This document shows positions 28,210-37,278 of a stretch of 64,000 nt of DNA, piece by piece. Made by a program: the position numbers and the translations under genes. This DNA comes from Candidatus Thorarchaeota archaeon. GTDB lineage: Archaea; Asgardarchaeota; Thorarchaeia; Thorarchaeales; Thorarchaeaceae. Each line of letters opens with the position of its first letter. Within the stretch, counting starts at the first letter, position 1. The stretch spans positions 32,001 through 96,000 of the forward strand of contig JAWOEX010000028.1 in NCBI GenBank assembly GCA_046482545.1, written 5' to 3'. The notes beneath the pieces are model-generated. The model did no database searches and was not told the origin of the DNA. It worked only from the letters and a program-made list of their open reading frames with translations.

Positions 28210-29700
28210 TCATAACTCAAGGTCCACGTAACTTATCGTTCCGTCACCAGAGGAATAGATGATGCCCTGCTTCTCAAGGTCGGAAATGATTTTGTCGATC
28301 GTATCATCATCGATGCGGACCTCTTTTGCCCGCTCTTTGAGCATATCTAGGCTGACCCCACCTTTGCTCGTTTCTGATAGGATTTTAAGAAGGCGAACGA
28401 AACGCTCGCTGGGAATCAAATCACTATCGATGGCCTGTACTCGCGCATCAATATCATCTTCTTCGATGGTTTTGTCTTCACCCTGAGTTTTCTCCTTCTC
28501 ATCGAGCAGAGCTGATAGCAGTGATTTCTTACTATCACTCTGCTTGGGCTCTTCTGGTTTAATTGATTCTATATCATCGAGGCTGACACCAATAGGGGCT
28601 TTTTGACTTTCACTTTCTCCTTCTTCAGTATCCGGGATGTAGGGTATGGGGTCAGCATTAGACTCAGAGACTCCCAGCCATTCAGAATTGATATCGCTGT
28701 TTCGTGAGGCTGCCCTGAGCAACTCCTTTCGGAACCTGTGCTGTATTCTTGAACGTTGTTCCTCGAGAGAGGATGAATTGCATTTTTCTACGCCAAGTCT
28801 AAGGATGGCACGTTCAGCCAGCGTACGGACTCGGGTATGAGAGTCAGCCACGAAATAGCCAAGTACCTTGATTATGCTGGTCAGCCGTGATTTCTCAATC
28901 GAGAGATTGTTGAGAAGTGCTTGTTTCACCCTCCAATCGGGGTCGCTCACCAGGTCCATCACGATACCGGCAGCCCTGTCAATTCCCGCTGATGCAACAG
29001 CACCAGCAATCTGAGCCCTCTCTTTCCAAGACGCATCACTAAGGAAAGGCATCAGATAGTTTACTGTATCTTGATCGGCTATGCCGCATATATACCGAAG
29101 CAGATTCCTCCTTTCATCTGCAGCTCTTTCCGCCAACAGTTTGAAAAGGCGTTTTTTATACTTCGGACTGAAGCCCGAAAGGCCCTCAACGGCTCCAAAG
29201 GAGATGGAATCAAGGTTTTCCCTAATCTGTGTTCGTACCCATCGATAGCCTGTTTTTCCCAATTTGCTCATTATCGAAAAAGTCGTTGACTGATGCTCTC
29301 GCCCAAGTTTCTCCAGAGCTTCAATCCAATTTTTGCGCTCCTCTTTTGCTGTTGGCGCCCCGACAGAGATGAATCTCTCGTCTATAGATTGAAGGATTTG
29401 TTCTCTTTCAGCAGGATTAAGTCTCAGCAGCGCATCGAAAAAATCAGCGAGATACCTACTGTAAGCACCTTTTGCAACAAGTCTAAACATCAGCTTCTTG
29501 AGATATGGATCCTCTGAATTATGTAGACTCCAAGCCTTTGGGAGTAGCGTCCTCACATGGTCCATGTCAGCAAGCGTTCCCGCAGCTTTGTAAGCTTCTC
29601 CAAGGTCAGGCGATTCTAGCTGCATTGCTAGATCGCGCATTTCCACAACGGAATTCTGCTCAGCCACACAAATTTTCTTAGCCTTTTTTCCCCGGGCCAT
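28210..29700 (-). CDS. HEAT-repeat protein with C-terminal winged helix
   Basis: LSDASWKER, VSDPDWRVK and VADSHTRVR HEAT units; C-terminal IDKIISDLEKQGIIY. Confidence 0.75.
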   Translation of the reverse strand: MARGKKAKKICVAEQNSVVEMRDLAMQLESPDLGEAYKAAGTLADMDHVRTLLPKAWSLHNSEDPYLKKLMFRLVAKGAYSRYLADFFDALLRLNPAEREQILQSIDERFISVGAPTAKEERKNWIEALEKLGREHQSTTFSIMSKLGKTGYRWVRTQIRENLDSISFGAVEGLSGFSPKYKKRLFKLLAERAADERRNLLRYICGIADQDTVNYLMPFLSDASWKERAQIAGAVASAGIDRAAGIVMDLVSDPDWRVKQALLNNLSIEKSRLTSIIKVLGYFVADSHTRVRTLAERAILRLGVEKCNSSSLEEQRSRIQHRFRKELLRAASRNSDINSEWLGVSESNADPIPYIPDTEEGESESQKAPIGVSLDDIESIKPEEPKQSDSKKSLLSALLDEKEKTQGEDKTIEEDDIDARVQAIDSDLIPSERFVRLLKILSETSKGGVSLDMLKERAKEVRIDDDTIDKIISDLEKQGIIYSSGDGTISYVDLEL

Positions 29701-30780
29701 TTAGTTTTCCCCATCCACAATTTCGCCTTCGAGCAGATTTCTGGCCCCGCTAATCAGCGTCTCCGCACGTGCCTTACCTACACCCTTCACATCCTTGGAC
29801 AGTTGGTCAACACGTGCATGGGCAATGGCAACAAACGAGTCATACCCACTTTCTTTGAGACGGGATTCCATAGCTGGACCAATCCCATTCAGGGCCTGTA
29901 AATCCCCTGCAAATTCAACTTCTCTTAGATTCTCAGTAACGTACTCAGTCAATTCCTCCTGTTTGCTCAAATCTTCATCTGGTGAGGATGATTCCGATAT
30001 CTGAATTTTCTCTCGACTTGCATCGACTTGATTCTGAACAGGAGCCCCAGTCAGAGTCACTTGGTGAGTGGAATCTACAGGCAAATCATCAAGAGTTCCA
30101 GCCAATTCCAATTCCAGAAGCTGATGGTCATACTTCTCCAGAAGACGCTCTACGCGTTCATCACTTGCTTCCAAATTTGATTCTAGAATACTCAATGACC
30201 TTAGCAGATTTCGACCATATTGAGACTGCCTCAAAGCAGTCAAATCTATTCTTTCAGAATCTGGATCTGGTTTAGCTTTTCTGAATTTCTCAATCCGTGC
30301 CTCTCTTACCTTCGAAACTAGATATCCGAAGCCGTCTTTCTCAAGACCAGTTTCAACTATGTAATCAACATGGCCAGCCTCAATTTTCTCTTGGAGAATC
30401 GATGCACAATAGGCGCGAGCTTCCCGACGTCCGTCTTCCCAACTCGCTTCCTTGGTCAGAATACTAAGCAGCTTATCAGCACCCAAGTCAAGAGGGAGGC
30501 TAAGGGAAGTCATACCCAATCCACAGAATACAGCTTCCCGAACAAGCAAAATTCGCTGCGAAAGGTCCTTTGAATCTAATCCTTCAATGTAGGTTTCCAA
30601 TACCTTGTAAAATCGGTCCCAAGGGTTAGCATCCTTGTCTTTCCAATAGCCCTTGAGGGAATCGGTAATAGAAGAAAAATCACCTCTCATGCTCATCCGC
30701 AGTATCTTGTCAATGAATCTATCAACGGAAGATTGGGGGGATTTCTGCTTTCTGCTCAGGACTATGACCTCCACTGGCAA
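29701..30780 (-). CDS. Protein with C-terminal double helix-hairpin-helix (RadA-N/HhH_5-like) domain
   Basis: LQALNGIGPAMESRLKESGY...VKGVGKARAETLI; abuts the HEAT gene. Confidence 0.7.
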   Translation of the reverse strand: MPVEVIVLSRKQKSPQSSVDRFIDKILRMSMRGDFSSITDSLKGYWKDKDANPWDRFYKVLETYIEGLDSKDLSQRILLVREAVFCGLGMTSLSLPLDLGADKLLSILTKEASWEDGRREARAYCASILQEKIEAGHVDYIVETGLEKDGFGYLVSKVREARIEKFRKAKPDPDSERIDLTALRQSQYGRNLLRSLSILESNLEASDERVERLLEKYDHQLLELELAGTLDDLPVDSTHQVTLTGAPVQNQVDASREKIQISESSSPDEDLSKQEELTEYVTENLREVEFAGDLQALNGIGPAMESRLKESGYDSFVAIAHARVDQLSKDVKGVGKARAETLISGARNLLEGEIVDGEN

Positions 30781-31082
30781 TTCGATGATTGGGTAGCTGA
30801 GTGCCTGAGTTTCATGGACTGAGAACCACCTATCTAATATCTGGATATGTGTTATACACTGTTATTTTCGGTCCCATCAAGATAACCGTCACAACAATAG
30901 GCTGCCTTCGGGACTCATCATCGTGGGAAACCCTTTCGTCACCGGTATTATGATGACCCATAACCTAGAAAAAGGTTAGCTCTGGTGTGTTTAATATTCC
31001 CATAACTCTCTCATGAATTTCTCTTCGTACATCTTCAATTCTATTTGCGAGTATGAATCCAAGTGAAGGCAGTAAGTAATCA

Positions 31083-31661
31083 TCAGGGCCGTGGTGGTGC
31101 CACACCGAACACTTTCTGTAGTAGATTGTTGATACTGAAAGAAGATATGACATACCAAACGTAGAAGTACAAACCAAAGCCGCTGCCTTCAACGTTTACT
31201 CCGAGCCAACCATCAAGAAATGGAATAACCTCGTGGACATTAAAAGGAAGAATCGCAACCGCCCCGCCCGAATACACTGCCCTTAGAACAATGAAGACAA
31301 AAATGAAAGGGAGCCATGTTATGCAAGTAGGCTTACATCGAGAACTCATCATGTTGCTTTGAAGCCGCATGATTCTGGATTGTTCCTCCTGGACTTCTTG
31401 CAGGAGCCGCTCATCCTCTGTCTCTCTTGCCTTATTGAGCTTCTCCCGCCATTCTTTGACCTCTTCCATATCCTTCTGCATTTGCTCTACATCGGCAAAC
31501 TGTCTCGTAGCGGCAATGGAAACCAACGCTAGCGCCATGCTAACAAGCGGAATGAACACCGTGGATATGGGCATGGAAGAGACCGGGTCTAGTAGGCTAG
31601 CGAAGTATTGAATCAAATCAGTCCAGAAATCCATGTTGTAATTCCTCTTGTGCTTCGACAT
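31083..31661 (-). CDS. EMC3/TMCO1/DUF106 (Oxa1 superfamily) membrane insertase
   Basis: TM1, cytosolic coiled coil, KPTCITWLPFI, LPF and YVWYVISSF motifs; likely start 31634. Confidence 0.88.
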   Translation of the reverse strand: MSKHKRNYNMDFWTDLIQYFASLLDPVSSMPISTVFIPLVSMALALVSIAATRQFADVEQMQKDMEEVKEWREKLNKARETEDERLLQEVQEEQSRIMRLQSNMMSSRCKPTCITWLPFIFVFIVLRAVYSGGAVAILPFNVHEVIPFLDGWLGVNVEGSGFGLYFYVWYVISSFSINNLLQKVFGVAPPRP

Positions 31662-31873
31662 GAGCCATGCAGTCTCGGATTTAAGGCTTGGCCTAGGTCA
31701 GGAGAAATCAGAATACTAATGGACAGGTATTATCCGTCTAAGACATTGGAGTGTAGAGCCACCTCAACGCAAAAAGCCTTTGTCAATTGCAATCATCTGC
31801 ATGTCAAATTAATCTCTTACACTGCCAAAGGCATTTTCTATACTTCAGACTATATTCTGTTTCTCTTTTCATA

Positions 31874-32125
31874 GTAAATGTTTCACAACTGAGTCTCTAT
31901 CCGAAACCATTTTGTAAACGTTGGACGTTTCGCGCGATTCAGCTCAGTTCTATAACCTCCCATAAATTTGTATATTCACAAATATGGTTTTCAATGGCAT
32001 TTTATAATTGATTTGTATTGCCTCCATATAAAGCATATAATTGTATTCGTAATCTGTAGCTCAGATTTCAAAACAAACGTTTACAGAGAAAAATCTAGTG
32101 GGTTTATATGTGGTTTAGCGTTTAC
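31874..32125. repeat. GTAAACGTT motif cluster 1, flanking an AT-rich tract
   Basis: Forward copies at 31874 (GTAAATGTTT) and 31914; reverse copies at 32075 (AAACGTTTAC) and 32117 (AGCGTTTAC). Confidence 0.65.
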
Positions 32126-32132
32126 TCGTTAA

Positions 32133-32432
32133 TTGTCTGCCGCCGGGAGGGCTAGACAACAAATGATGATGATGAATCGGATGCTGAGACGATCTGGACT
32201 ATGGAGAGTTAAGAATCAAGAAGAACCGGTCTACATGAAACATAATGTAGGAATCGGTGGTATATATGTACGAGTCGAAAAGAAGAAGGCTCGAATATCT
32301 GTACCAGATCTGGATATCGATAAGGAATTTACGGGCGTAGCCCGACTTGAGGATTTTATAGAGGAACTGGATGAGAAAGCATACCAAAGGAAATGTATGA
32401 TAGTAAATAGTATGCGCGGGTCTGGTTCCTAA
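32133..32432 (+). CDS. Small basic hypothetical protein
   Basis: 99-aa ORF with a TATA box (TTTATAT, 32103) about 25 nt upstream of the TTG, suggesting a leaderless transcript. Confidence 0.7.
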   Translation: MSAAGRARQQMMMMNRMLRRSGLWRVKNQEEPVYMKHNVGIGGIYVRVEKKKARISVPDLDIDKEFTGVARLEDFIEELDEKAYQRKCMIVNSMRGSGS

Positions 32433-33124
32433 CTTCGGAGTTGCCGCGTAGTAACTGACCGCACCAGAATTCTGTACAAACCTGTTGCTCGAAATTGCAG
32501 ATGAGTGTGGAGAACGCGGTCGGTTGCCCGCAAGAAAGCCTCGTACTGATAGAACACACAGCATGATACGCTGACAAGAGCATCATAGAGAGGATGTTCT
32601 TGTTAATTCATTTCTTTCAATCTAACAAAGAAAAAACTAAGATAACCAAGGGGCCCCTTTCCGACGTAAGTCGAGAGTACTAATCCGGGCCCGACTTGAG
32701 TGAAAGAATATTGTATCACCAACAGAATAGCGTCGTCAATTCATGCTATGATTGCCTTACAACTTCAGACGGTAAAGCACACAAAAAGCGACACCAAGAG
32801 TAACAGAAGCTGGTCGGCGACGAGGCAGACTGACCAGTAGTCCGTAATCTGCTGCTGTCGTGTCTTAGTTCCACATAGGTAGGCAGACACATAACTACAG
32901 AATGATACGTTCTATATCCGAAGGTGTTAACAAGCTTTGCGGGTTCCTCAAAAGTTCCTACCCTGGTACTCTCAAAATTCAAGTATCAGAAGTTTACGAT
33001 TATGCATGTCATTACTGTGATTGTTACAATTCTCGTCAACCAGTTGAATGATATTCGTAATAAGAGAGTCTCCCTTCGGTTCCTTTAAGTGTAGTTCCGA
33101 AATCTCGTCGAGAATTTGGATACG

Positions 33125-34357
33125 TCACTGCCAAAAGGCTATCCGTGACTTGATGTATGCCGGTAAACAACGAAGGATAGTGCTTCGAACCGCTCTTAGA
33201 CCAAGAAGCATTTCAGCAACCGTTTTAAGAGCAGTATCAGATTGCAGAAATTTGGAACTGGGTGCGCCTGATGAGGATCCCATGAATCTCCGCTGGATTC
33301 TACGACCCCATTTCAAATCTGAGCCCAGTGCCTTCTGCCATCGTGTTTCGTATGATTTTAGATTCTCTTCTGAGAAATCATTTTGGTCACAGCACTGCTT
33401 TGCCACAGCAGAAGCCAGCCTGCCGGCAATCATAGCATAGTGTATTCCTTCGCCAGAGATTGGTGAACAGTGGGCTGCAGCATCACCGGCCAGCATCAGT
33501 CTCTTTCCATAGCTAGGTCTAACAACACCAGCAAGAGGGATAAGAGCCCCTTCTCGTTTGACAATCTTAAGATGATTATGAGATTGTGGGCCGGAGGTTT
33601 CATCCCTGAGTAGACGGTCCAAGTATGTTGGTAAAGGGGTGTTTCGTTGACGAAGGATATTGAGTAATCCACCAGTACCTACAGCCGCATCACCTCCTCT
33701 TGGGAAGATCCATGCATATCCCTTCGGTGAATAACGGCTACCGAAATAGAAAGAATTGAGCTCAGGAAATTTGGTTTCTCGGTTTGTGTAACTAACTTGG
33801 TATTGAAAGGCGTACCCCATCTCATTATCCGACAGGTAGGGGCGAACACCATCATGCTTGGAAGACACAGGCCGAGATCCGCTGGCATCGATTACCAGTT
33901 CGCTTTCCATTCTTGACTTGTTGCCATTCAGGGTGTATGTTACTACACATCCCCGGTTATCACAATCAACAGAGGTTACTGTCGCGCCGAGTTTCATGTT
34001 CCCCGTAGAGGACTCGATCTTCTCTGTAAGGGCACTACCCAAATCAGCTCGGGTTGCATTGACGCCAACACAATCATCAAACCATACATTCTGAGGCCCA
34101 TATCTTGGGAATCTCAAGCGAGCGCCGTATACTTCATGTGAGCCTTGAAGATTTTCGAGCTGGAATCCCTCGAGAGCCGGCTGAGGTATGAACCCTCCAC
34201 ACACTTTGGAATCACCAGGAGCAGATTCCTTGCTTACTAACAGGTATTGGATATCGGATTCTTCCAAGTGCCTCGCAGCTGTCATGCCAGCTGGACCTGA
34301 ACCTATTACTGCTACCTGCGTTCTCTCAACCATTTTGGTTCTTGTGTTCTGTCCCAA
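33125..34357 (-). CDS. Geranylgeranyl reductase-family FAD oxidoreductase
   Basis: VIGSGPAG, KVCGG, GYAWIFP and AGDAA...PISGEGIHYAM motifs. Confidence 0.9.
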   Translation of the reverse strand: MGQNTRTKMVERTQVAVIGSGPAGMTAARHLEESDIQYLLVSKESAPGDSKVCGGFIPQPALEGFQLENLQGSHEVYGARLRFPRYGPQNVWFDDCVGVNATRADLGSALTEKIESSTGNMKLGATVTSVDCDNRGCVVTYTLNGNKSRMESELVIDASGSRPVSSKHDGVRPYLSDNEMGYAFQYQVSYTNRETKFPELNSFYFGSRYSPKGYAWIFPRGGDAAVGTGGLLNILRQRNTPLPTYLDRLLRDETSGPQSHNHLKIVKREGALIPLAGVVRPSYGKRLMLAGDAAAHCSPISGEGIHYAMIAGRLASAVAKQCCDQNDFSEENLKSYETRWQKALGSDLKWGRRIQRRFMGSSSGAPSSKFLQSDTALKTVAEMLLGLRAVRSTILRCLPAYIKSRIAFWQ

Positions 34358-34398
34358 ATCCCGCTAATAACCTTGGTCAATCTTAGTCATCAGAACGT

Positions 34399-34752
34399 GT
34401 AAACGTATGAATTTGTGACCTATCTTGAGACAGTAAAACGTTTACTTCTGATGAGCTAGTCATTTGAGAATGTAACCTAATGGAGATTCAAAGAGAATCG
34501 AACAGGCGCTGAAAACAAAGCAAATATCCCCAGTACACGAATCGGAAAAGGAGTAAACGTTTGGTCTCTGCATAACAGCAAGTAAACGTTAGCGAATGAT
34601 AATTTTAGCACCACATCTAGGGTATCTAAATCTGTGTCTGACTTGAAGATTCGTTAGTGGGCGACCCAAAGCTCACAATCATTACGAGTAAACGTTAGAT
34701 GCTAAGCTATGTGTATGATTCATCTCTCGAACAAGGTCCGGAGGTAAACGAT
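34399..34752. repeat. GTAAACG(TT) motif cluster 2
   Basis: Copies at 34399, 34433 (GTAAAACGTTTAC), 34553, 34582, 34688 and 34744. Confidence 0.75.
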
Positions 34753-35287
34753 GAGCTGGTCCCATCTAGTAATGCACTCTCGTTATGTACAGATACTGCG
34801 TGATCATAAGCAGAAAACAACATTGCTGAGCGATGAGATACCATTTTAGACACAGATAGCATATGCCGCAGATGCAAGGAGAGCTACTACCATCGACTGG
34901 TGGAGAGCTCGGAAGGCCAAAATAGAGCGCTTGCTTCACCTCTTGGTATAGCCATCGCTAGATACTTCCGACCATACTGCAATTATCAGAATACAGAACG
35001 TAGCTTTCGCCATTACTGTGTTCACACATCAGGGTATTCCGAGTTATACTTCAAATGGTCTCATAAAATAGAACGTACTTCAATATCGGCCTTTATCTCG
35101 TCCGGCGGATACTCGATCTTGCAGAAAGTAGCATCGAATACAGGGAAGGAAAACTGACAGGAGCCTCATAGAGAGTCGAGATTCCTCTTGGCAATTTGTG
35201 ATTGGTTTATACTGGGTAACGAAAGCACAGCCGTACCTACTATCATTCGTTCATAGTTGATTCTCGTGAAATCAAGTAAACTTGATT

Positions 35288-35596
35288 CTAGTATACCTCG
35301 CGAGGGCTGGATTTCAGTCGATCAGGCATCCGTCCGCCTTCACCAACGATTTCCAGAGTGAACCCTTGGCCTCGACGGCCTCCATCATTGAAAAGATAAC
35401 CTGAGCGAGTTATACCCCGTGCAAGACGTTCTGCCTTTCTTTTGGTGACCATGCCTTTGTCATGAGGTACCGTTAGAGTTAGTTTCTGAGCTTGTTCGTC
35501 CAATTCAGCAAGAATAGAACTCGGATCGGGATTACTTGAAACCTCACGAAATTTTGAAGCACTCTTATCGTATTCCAGGTATAGCTTCTTGGCCAT
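35288..35596 (-). CDS. Small protein, possibly with a divergent gelsolin/ADF-like fold
   Basis: 102 aa; a strand-strand-long-helix pattern (ILAELD..KLTLTVP....VTKRKAERLARGI) parallels ORF 16559-16831. Confidence 0.5.
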   Translation of the reverse strand: MAKKLYLEYDKSASKFREVSSNPDPSSILAELDEQAQKLTLTVPHDKGMVTKRKAERLARGITRSGYLFNDGGRRGQGFTLEIVGEGGRMPDRLKSSPREVY

Positions 35597-35682
35597 CTTC
35601 TTCCACCTACTATTAGTCTAGATGTTTCTTGTCAAGAGTCACATATTAATGGTTTTGGCACGAGCTCAGTAGGATGATTCAA

Positions 35683-36399
35683 TTACTTCGGGATGAGGTG
35701 AGCCGTACCACAATGCTCGCAGACGACAGCTTCTTGATCAGATTCAGGCATTGGTAAAGCAGCACCACAGTTCTGGCATCGAAGAGACTTAATTTCTGAA
35801 CGTCCTTCTGGAGGGATATCAAGCTTGAATACCTTGGTGGCAACATCTCTGATGGTTTTTCCTACACGAGATGCGGCTCGGGCTATAGCGCTGGTTTCGG
35901 TATCACTTAAAGATCCTAGCCCTACAGCCTTGAAAAGACTATCAATTGTTTTCCCCACCTTGCCAAACATTGAGCCAGCTTTCCACATGAAAGCATCTGA
36001 GGTGAATATCGCTGGAAGCTCATCATCTGGGTGACCCGGTATCTGATATCCTTTGTCCCAATGAGTTCTATCTTCTCTGACCTCAGAAAGCTCTTTACCA
36101 CACCCCGGACAGACCAGCTTCCATCCTCTCTTGAACCAGCCCAGTTTGACCTTGTCTTCTGCTTCATCATACCAGCATCTCTTATGGCCGATTCGGCCAC
36201 AGTTCGGGCACTCAAACAAATAGTACCTCTCGGGGGTTGCTTTTCTCTTTCGTCCCGAAGGCAGATTCATGTAAGCCAAATCAGAGGAAGAGTGATTGAG
36301 TAGGAACTTTCCACAAATGAAGCAAGTCTTGCCATCGTACTTTCTGAGTTCCTCAATTGGGACGCGCAATGGATGATACCCCGTTTTGAGGCCATGCAA
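35683..36399 (-). CDS. C4HC3 (PHD/RINGv-like) finger plus C-terminal Zn ribbon protein
   Basis: CFIC...CPNCGRIGHKRCW...WKLVCPGC; C-terminal CQNCG...CEHCG. Confidence 0.7.
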   Translation of the reverse strand: MHGLKTGYHPLRVPIEELRKYDGKTCFICGKFLLNHSSSDLAYMNLPSGRKRKATPERYYLFECPNCGRIGHKRCWYDEAEDKVKLGWFKRGWKLVCPGCGKELSEVREDRTHWDKGYQIPGHPDDELPAIFTSDAFMWKAGSMFGKVGKTIDSLFKAVGLGSLSDTETSAIARAASRVGKTIRDVATKVFKLDIPPEGRSEIKSLRCQNCGAALPMPESDQEAVVCEHCGTAHLIPK

Positions 36400-36476
36400 A
36401 TCTGCTTAAAGAATTTCTGAAAAGAGTCGGATACTTAAAGGAGTGAATCATTCCATTTCCTTGAGCGCGAATCAGA

Positions 36477-37163
36477 TTGTTTGATATTGTAGAGGAAACA
36501 GGAAGCGAGCCATCGTTGACTCCAAAGACCATCGTCTACGTGCTTGTCCATGGCGATCCTGACCCTGATAATGAAGGTCTATCATCACTTGGCAAGAATC
36601 AGATGGATGAGCTCGCTCGATCAAGGGTTACTAGTGGTGTCACCAGAATCTATACCTCACCGAAGAAGGTATGTCTTGAAACGGCAGGTGGCCTCAGACG
36701 AAATTTTGATGCCTCTATCAAGGTAAAGGAATGTCTCGAGGGGGTTTGTCTCCCCTTACTAAATCAACCTGCAGATGAGATAGCAGAAGTGCTTGCCTCT
36801 TACTGGGATGAAGGGTATACGCCAGAAGAAGGGGAATCACTGGAAAAAACTCGAATCAGAATTTCTGATTGTGTGAATGATATAGCAAGCCGGCATAGCA
36901 GTGATAGTATTGCAATTGTGGTTCCTCCGATTCTCAGCGTCTTATTATTATCACTCGTTCGAGGCGGTGAACCACGCATTGAAGATTGGGTAATGATGGG
37001 ATATTGTTCTTGCAGTACCTATCAATACTCGGAGACAGGCTGGGAATTGGTCATGCCACCTGATAATAGTTTTCTGAGTCGTAGAACCGCAGTGAAGGAC
37101 AAGTTGCCAGAAGGTGTTCTCGACCAGTTAGGAATACTTCAATTGAAAGAAGACGAACGTTAG
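36477..37163 (+). CDS. Histidine phosphatase superfamily protein with a degenerate active site
   Basis: VLVHG, GLSSLGKNQ, IYTSP and EGES motifs; RHG is replaced by VHG. Confidence 0.75.
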   Translation: MFDIVEETGSEPSLTPKTIVYVLVHGDPDPDNEGLSSLGKNQMDELARSRVTSGVTRIYTSPKKVCLETAGGLRRNFDASIKVKECLEGVCLPLLNQPADEIAEVLASYWDEGYTPEEGESLEKTRIRISDCVNDIASRHSSDSIAIVVPPILSVLLLSLVRGGEPRIEDWVMMGYCSCSTYQYSETGWELVMPPDNSFLSRRTAVKDKLPEGVLDQLGILQLKEDER

Positions 37164-37240
37164 CTTTGTGGAAATGCAGAGCGCATACACCCCGCATTTA
37201 CCGAATTAATCATTCCACCAACCTAATTGAAGTCCTAGCA

Positions 37241-37272
37241 AAGAAAAAATAAGAGGGGCATGGAAGCCCCTT
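37241..37272 (-). terminator. Hairpin plus T tract ending the large surface-protein gene
   Basis: Minus strand reads AAGGGGC-TTCCAT-GCCCCTC-TTATTTTTTCTT. Confidence 0.6.
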
Positions 37273-37278
37273 CCGGTC

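Noticed and set aside
34399-34752. CRISPR array
   Set aside because: The repeats are only 7-10 bp with irregular spacing, and there are no cas genes.
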